The notes under the pieces: model-generated
What the model was told of the DNA's origin: nothing
What the model saw: the letters and a program-made list of their open reading frames with translations, nothing else
Databases searched by the model: none
Made by a program: the position numbers and the translations under genes
NCBI GenBank assembly: GCA_030141605.1
Contig: JAQGDQ010000080.1
Span: forward strand, 496,001-560,000
Source of the DNA: Tubiluchus corallicola
Lineage: Eukaryota > Animalia > Priapulida
DNA length: 64,000 nucleotides
Direction: 5' to 3'
Shown: positions 59,643 through 64,000 of the stretch, one piece after another
Numbering within the stretch: position 1 is the stretch's first letter
How the letters are laid out: the number at the start of each line of letters is the position of its first letter

Positions 59643-62600
59643 TTAGACTAGTTTCCCCTAGCTTTAATCTTACTGGGGTCTCCAAAGTGGTCAATGGGAC
59701 TATCCAAGGGTCGATAAATGCTTGGGGGTCAAAAGGTGATCGATAAACGCCTGGGGGTCAAAAACGGGCGATAAACGCCGGGCTGTGATAGTTTTGGAGT
59801 AAAGCTGATATTAGGTAAGAAATAAAATACGCACATGAAATATAACTTGCCTATACGCGTTTCTAATTTACATATAATTAGTTTTTATTGTCTATTTATT
59901 TTATACTCTGTTTACTGAAATATAATGATAAAAATATTGTTACAATAATTTATCATTATTTGAAATCACAAGATAATGGACAGTTATAATAATACCTATT
60001 TCACCTGAATGCATTAACTTGGATTTTTTAATCATACGCTTTATTTTTAATTACTTGATAAACGTTACTATTAGTGTTGTCATTGGGTATTCCGGTACCC
60101 GAGTAATTACCCGCATTGTACATGTCTGGGGATCGATGAGAAATCAAGGATTCCACATACATGCTTTATACTCGCGAATGCTCATCAAGTTCAGCTTCTG
60201 GTTTTATGTTTTAGTTTCGTTTCTAAGATGCCTACCAAAATGGAATTAAATTACGCAAACTCAGGATGTAAGAGAAGGAAATGTATCAGCGAAATTTGTT
60301 AATATCTGTATAGCATCAAGCAGTTTTTCTGTATGTTCTAGGGATACTTAAGCAAACTGTTCACATAAACCGCATAGTTTTGCTTTGCTGCATTTTAGCA
60401 GGTAGCATTTAGCTTTTTACCATTATTTTATTATTTAACATGTTTTCACACTGTTATACATGTTTCCGTATAAGCTGTTAAATTACTGAATTCTGTTATA
60501 AGCTAAAATATTGGTTTGAGTTTTGAGTGTTTCCACCACACCTTCTAGTCCGCATAAGTTAAGAATTTTCATGGCAAAAAATAACCACCCCAACATTTCA
60601 CTGTGAGTAAAATTTGTATTTATATCAAATTACAGGTAAAAGGAAAAGAGAATGAAAATGCACAAAAGATAAGTACAAAGAATTATTTAATTTAGACAAT
60701 CATTTCGTCGTAACCTTTTGTGTCTTTTAGTTCATAAAATTAATTTTTAATAATATTTTGTGTATTTTTGTTCTTTTTTCTTTCACTTGAAAATAATCCC
60801 AAATGTCCAAGTGGTGACTGAAACTTCATGTCTGCTCATTTATACATTGTGGAATTCCTTTTAATATCTCTCTTACTTGTCACTAAGAATTACTTCTTTT
60901 TTATAATTAGGCCAATTTAAACTGATTTGCAAAATCGCACACTTTCTCAGATGCAAAAATTCAACCATTAAATTAGTCTGCCGTACAAAATTTCACTAAT
61001 CTGACGAATTATCTTGTAATCTAAGCAGACACTTATTACTTTAAAAGCCCCATTTATCTTCACTCGTTTTCTTAAACCTGAGCTCGGCTTTTACAAACAT
61101 CAAAAGAAACTAAAGCTTAGCAACATAATTCCTAAGTTGCGAGTTGCTATTATTATAACGTCTAGCGGCGCAACGAAAATTTCTTGAGTCTCGCAAGCCC
61201 GAAACACCAAAAATGCAAAAACTCTCATTCTCGCTACAAATAAGTTGCTGCCTGGTGGGTACGGCTTCTTACGGCAACTCGTACGAAAGAATTACTAACT
61301 CATTCATGCGACTATCTGATTTTGTTCTATCACGTAATTTTATTTGTGCCATTTGTGCTACATAGCGCTATATACCTATTAAACAAAGTCTCGCGTCACT
61401 CGTTATTATACCAATATGACGGGCTCATATATTATGTTACGCTTTCTTATTGAGTACGTCATCCACCCATTGTTGCACGGGATCTAGAACAATCACGTTA
61501 TTTCTTGAAATGTTCCGATATCTGTACCAGTAATAAATATTGTAAAATCATCTGGAATAGTCTGTACACCACACCGTCTTAAAATAACGTACGTATTAGA
61601 ACTTTTTGTAATTACGTAAAATAAACTGCCTAGTTATGTTACGTGTTCAAACACAGAATAAAATAGACCCCGTTTGGCAAATGAACCCAATGACCGAAAG
61701 ACGGTTTTTAATTACTACTAACAATGCAATTATTGTTGAAATAATTATATAAAACTAGTTACAACAAAACGGTTGAAATTAATATACGCAAAAAACACTA
61801 AGGTCATTAACACCACAGATAAAATTAATAAAGTACACTATAAGTAGTAATTAATACAACAAATTTATACGCAAATGATAAGCACAGCAGTTATAAAACG
61901 CAAGTACAAAAAAATCAAAAAGTTCACTTAGTAAAACACTTTACACGTACTAGCCTATTCATCTTCACTGCATAATATATGTACCCCTTATCCCCTGCAG
62001 GCGGTCCATTTAATATAATTACAAAAATCTCCAGAGCATTACAGAAAGACTCTTTGATGTATAGGTTATTCCTCAGTATTACACGTTTACAATGAAAGTA
62101 TGGGCGGATGACGGGATTCAACAACAAAGCGGAATTCGTAACAATTACTGTATTTCAATAGTAATAATTATTACTTTGTTAGCAAATAGCTATAAACGTT
62201 CTGTTTGTTTGTTTCATTCTGCAAAAGGGACCTACAAGTATTTTATTCTGTCACTTTGTTTGAACACGTAACAGTTATGTCAAATAAACGTTAGTAAATA
62301 CCCAATTTCAAGATAGCAGTCGTACAAAAGAGACGTATCTGTATGAACCAAAATTTAAACTAGTAAGATATTATGTCGCGGAATAAATTGCGAGAAAAAT
62401 TCTTTTTTACTTTCCATGACAACAATGGCGACATCACGACTACATTCTTTCATAGTTTGTAGGCGTTTTGGACATAAGAGTGGTAGTACTTGATTGTATG
62501 TTCATTGCCGTTTAATATTAATGAATATAGATAAATATACTTAATTTACACTAGTCTAGGTATTACAATGATGAGAGAAACAACAACGGCAAGAGCAACA

Positions 62601-63284
62601 ACAACAATAATAAAAGCTAAGCAAATTGAAATGTTTTTAAAAATAAGATTCCGTTATATTTGAATATGTATTAATTGTTTTATATATGTACATAAACTCA
62701 AGTTGATTGTAACTTAATTCCAAGGTTTTGCAAGAATTTGAAAAAACACGCTCTTCCGACACTTTCTTTATTTTTTCTATTATTTTATTTTTTTCCGTTA
62801 AAAACCTTAATATGTATTTGCCTATTTAAGCATGACTTCGGGCAATTACTTTCGGAAGGGGGATTTAAGTTTTGCTGAGAAAAGTATTTTTCACTTAATT
62901 TGCACACTGGTAAAAAGCCTAGACTATTCTGATACTGAGCCGATTTCTCAAGAACGCAAATAACCAAACTCTGTCCTTAAGAAATCGGTTCAGCGTATCT
63001 ATTACTATATGTTAGCTAAGTTTAATTACTCGTTATCTTACTGTTCACTAACACACACTCTTAAACTTTATGAAAAGTTATTATGACTAGATTTCCATTC
63101 AGCAAATGCAATACTTGTTTGGTTATTTTGCATTTCTGTCATCATTTCAACATATTGCATTCAGTAACAACAGTGCTTCCTTGGTACTCTATTAAGTGAC
63201 GGTTGTGACGGTTTTGAATTTTCACCTTTTCAATTGGAAGGAGATATCTTGATGTGGTGATGACGGTGGTGATGATAGTAAAGC

Positions 63285-63638
63285 CTATACTCTTGTAGTA
63301 GTAAAATAACTGGCACCTGGATACTCCTGATTTTCCATAGGATACGTTATCATGGGCTTGGTAATATCTGCTGCATCATTGCCATCATCATTTAATTCGA
63401 CTGTTACAATCTCAGCTCGTTTCTTCATACTACTCTTCTGCGAGTGTGAACTCCGTGTATCTGACGACCTTTGTAAAACAGAACCATTGGGGGTGATACT
63501 GTTACTGTTGTCTGTGGAATTTTTCCTATGAGTCTTGCTCATGTGGGTTACGATTGTCGAAGCATTGGACATGCGTGGACCCATGCGACCACGGTCTAAC
63601 CAAAATCGATTCCAGCGTTTTTTAATCTCATATTGAAC
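63285..63638 (-). CDS. Last coding exon of a class B1 (secretin-family) GPCR: helix 8 and cytoplasmic tail
   Basis: Phase-0 acceptor TTTCTAG| then VQYEIKKRWNRFWL, matching the class B (NxE|)VQxEIxxxWxRW motif at the usual intron position. It has a Ser/Thr-rich tail ending TTTRV. The rest of the gene lies beyond the window. Confidence 0.78.
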   Translation of the reverse strand, partial: VQYEIKKRWNRFWLDRGRMGPRMSNASTIVTHMSKTHRKNSTDNSNSITPNGSVLQRSSDTRSSHSQKSSMKKRAEIVTVELNDDGNDAADITKPMITYPMENQEYPGASYFTTTRV

Positions 63639-64000
63639 CTAGAAATAGTTGAATGTGATTGTAAATTCATATGTTCAACCTGCAGACACAGAAATAATAA
63701 CTGTATCTAATAACTTCTTAGACTAAACTTAAAAATACAATAAAAATAAACTCCAATTCGCAGCCTAGAGCAGATAATTAGGCGGTAATAAGACAACCAG
63801 AAGTTGAACGCCTTCCAAAATTAGTTGAACAGTTCGATTACTGGTAGACTGTTTCCTAGTATCAAATAGACGGGCGTAAGAGGCGGGGGATCAGGAGGGC
63901 GATTACCCTCACAGGGCAAACGAATTGTACATTTTCAGGACAAAAGCTGGGTTATTTTTAGGGCAAATATTTTTTTCATGGATTTTATTCAGGCACCGAA

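Noticed and set aside
59287-59694. 135-aa ORF as a host gene
   Set aside because: It crosses the Harbinger TIR; only the MADF-like part from 59433 is meaningful, and it is frameshifted.

Overview
AT-rich, intron-rich invertebrate (protostome-like) genomic DNA. I reconstructed seven protein-coding genes by hand from splice sites and reading-frame phase. They are: DDX42 (- strand, 3' part runs off the window start); a 3-exon calcitonin-type neuropeptide precursor (+); a secreted CBM14-LDLa-chitin-deacetylase-like gene (-) with degenerate catalytic motifs and two GC-AG introns; a divergent G-protein gamma subunit (+); two tandem M14A metallocarboxypeptidase paralogs (+), one lacking the Tyr248 equivalent; and the last exon of a class B (secretin-family) GPCR (-). 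Introns and intergenic DNA carry many MITEs (one nested), an internally deleted PIF/Harbinger element, hAT and LINE remnants, a tRNA-derived SINE, composite foldback/Helentron-like elements and microsatellites. The most notable points are the calcitonin-like gene that the ORF track misses, its linkage to a class B GPCR and an atypical G-gamma, and the putative CDA pseudoenzyme. No database searches were run; family assignments rest on recognised motifs.
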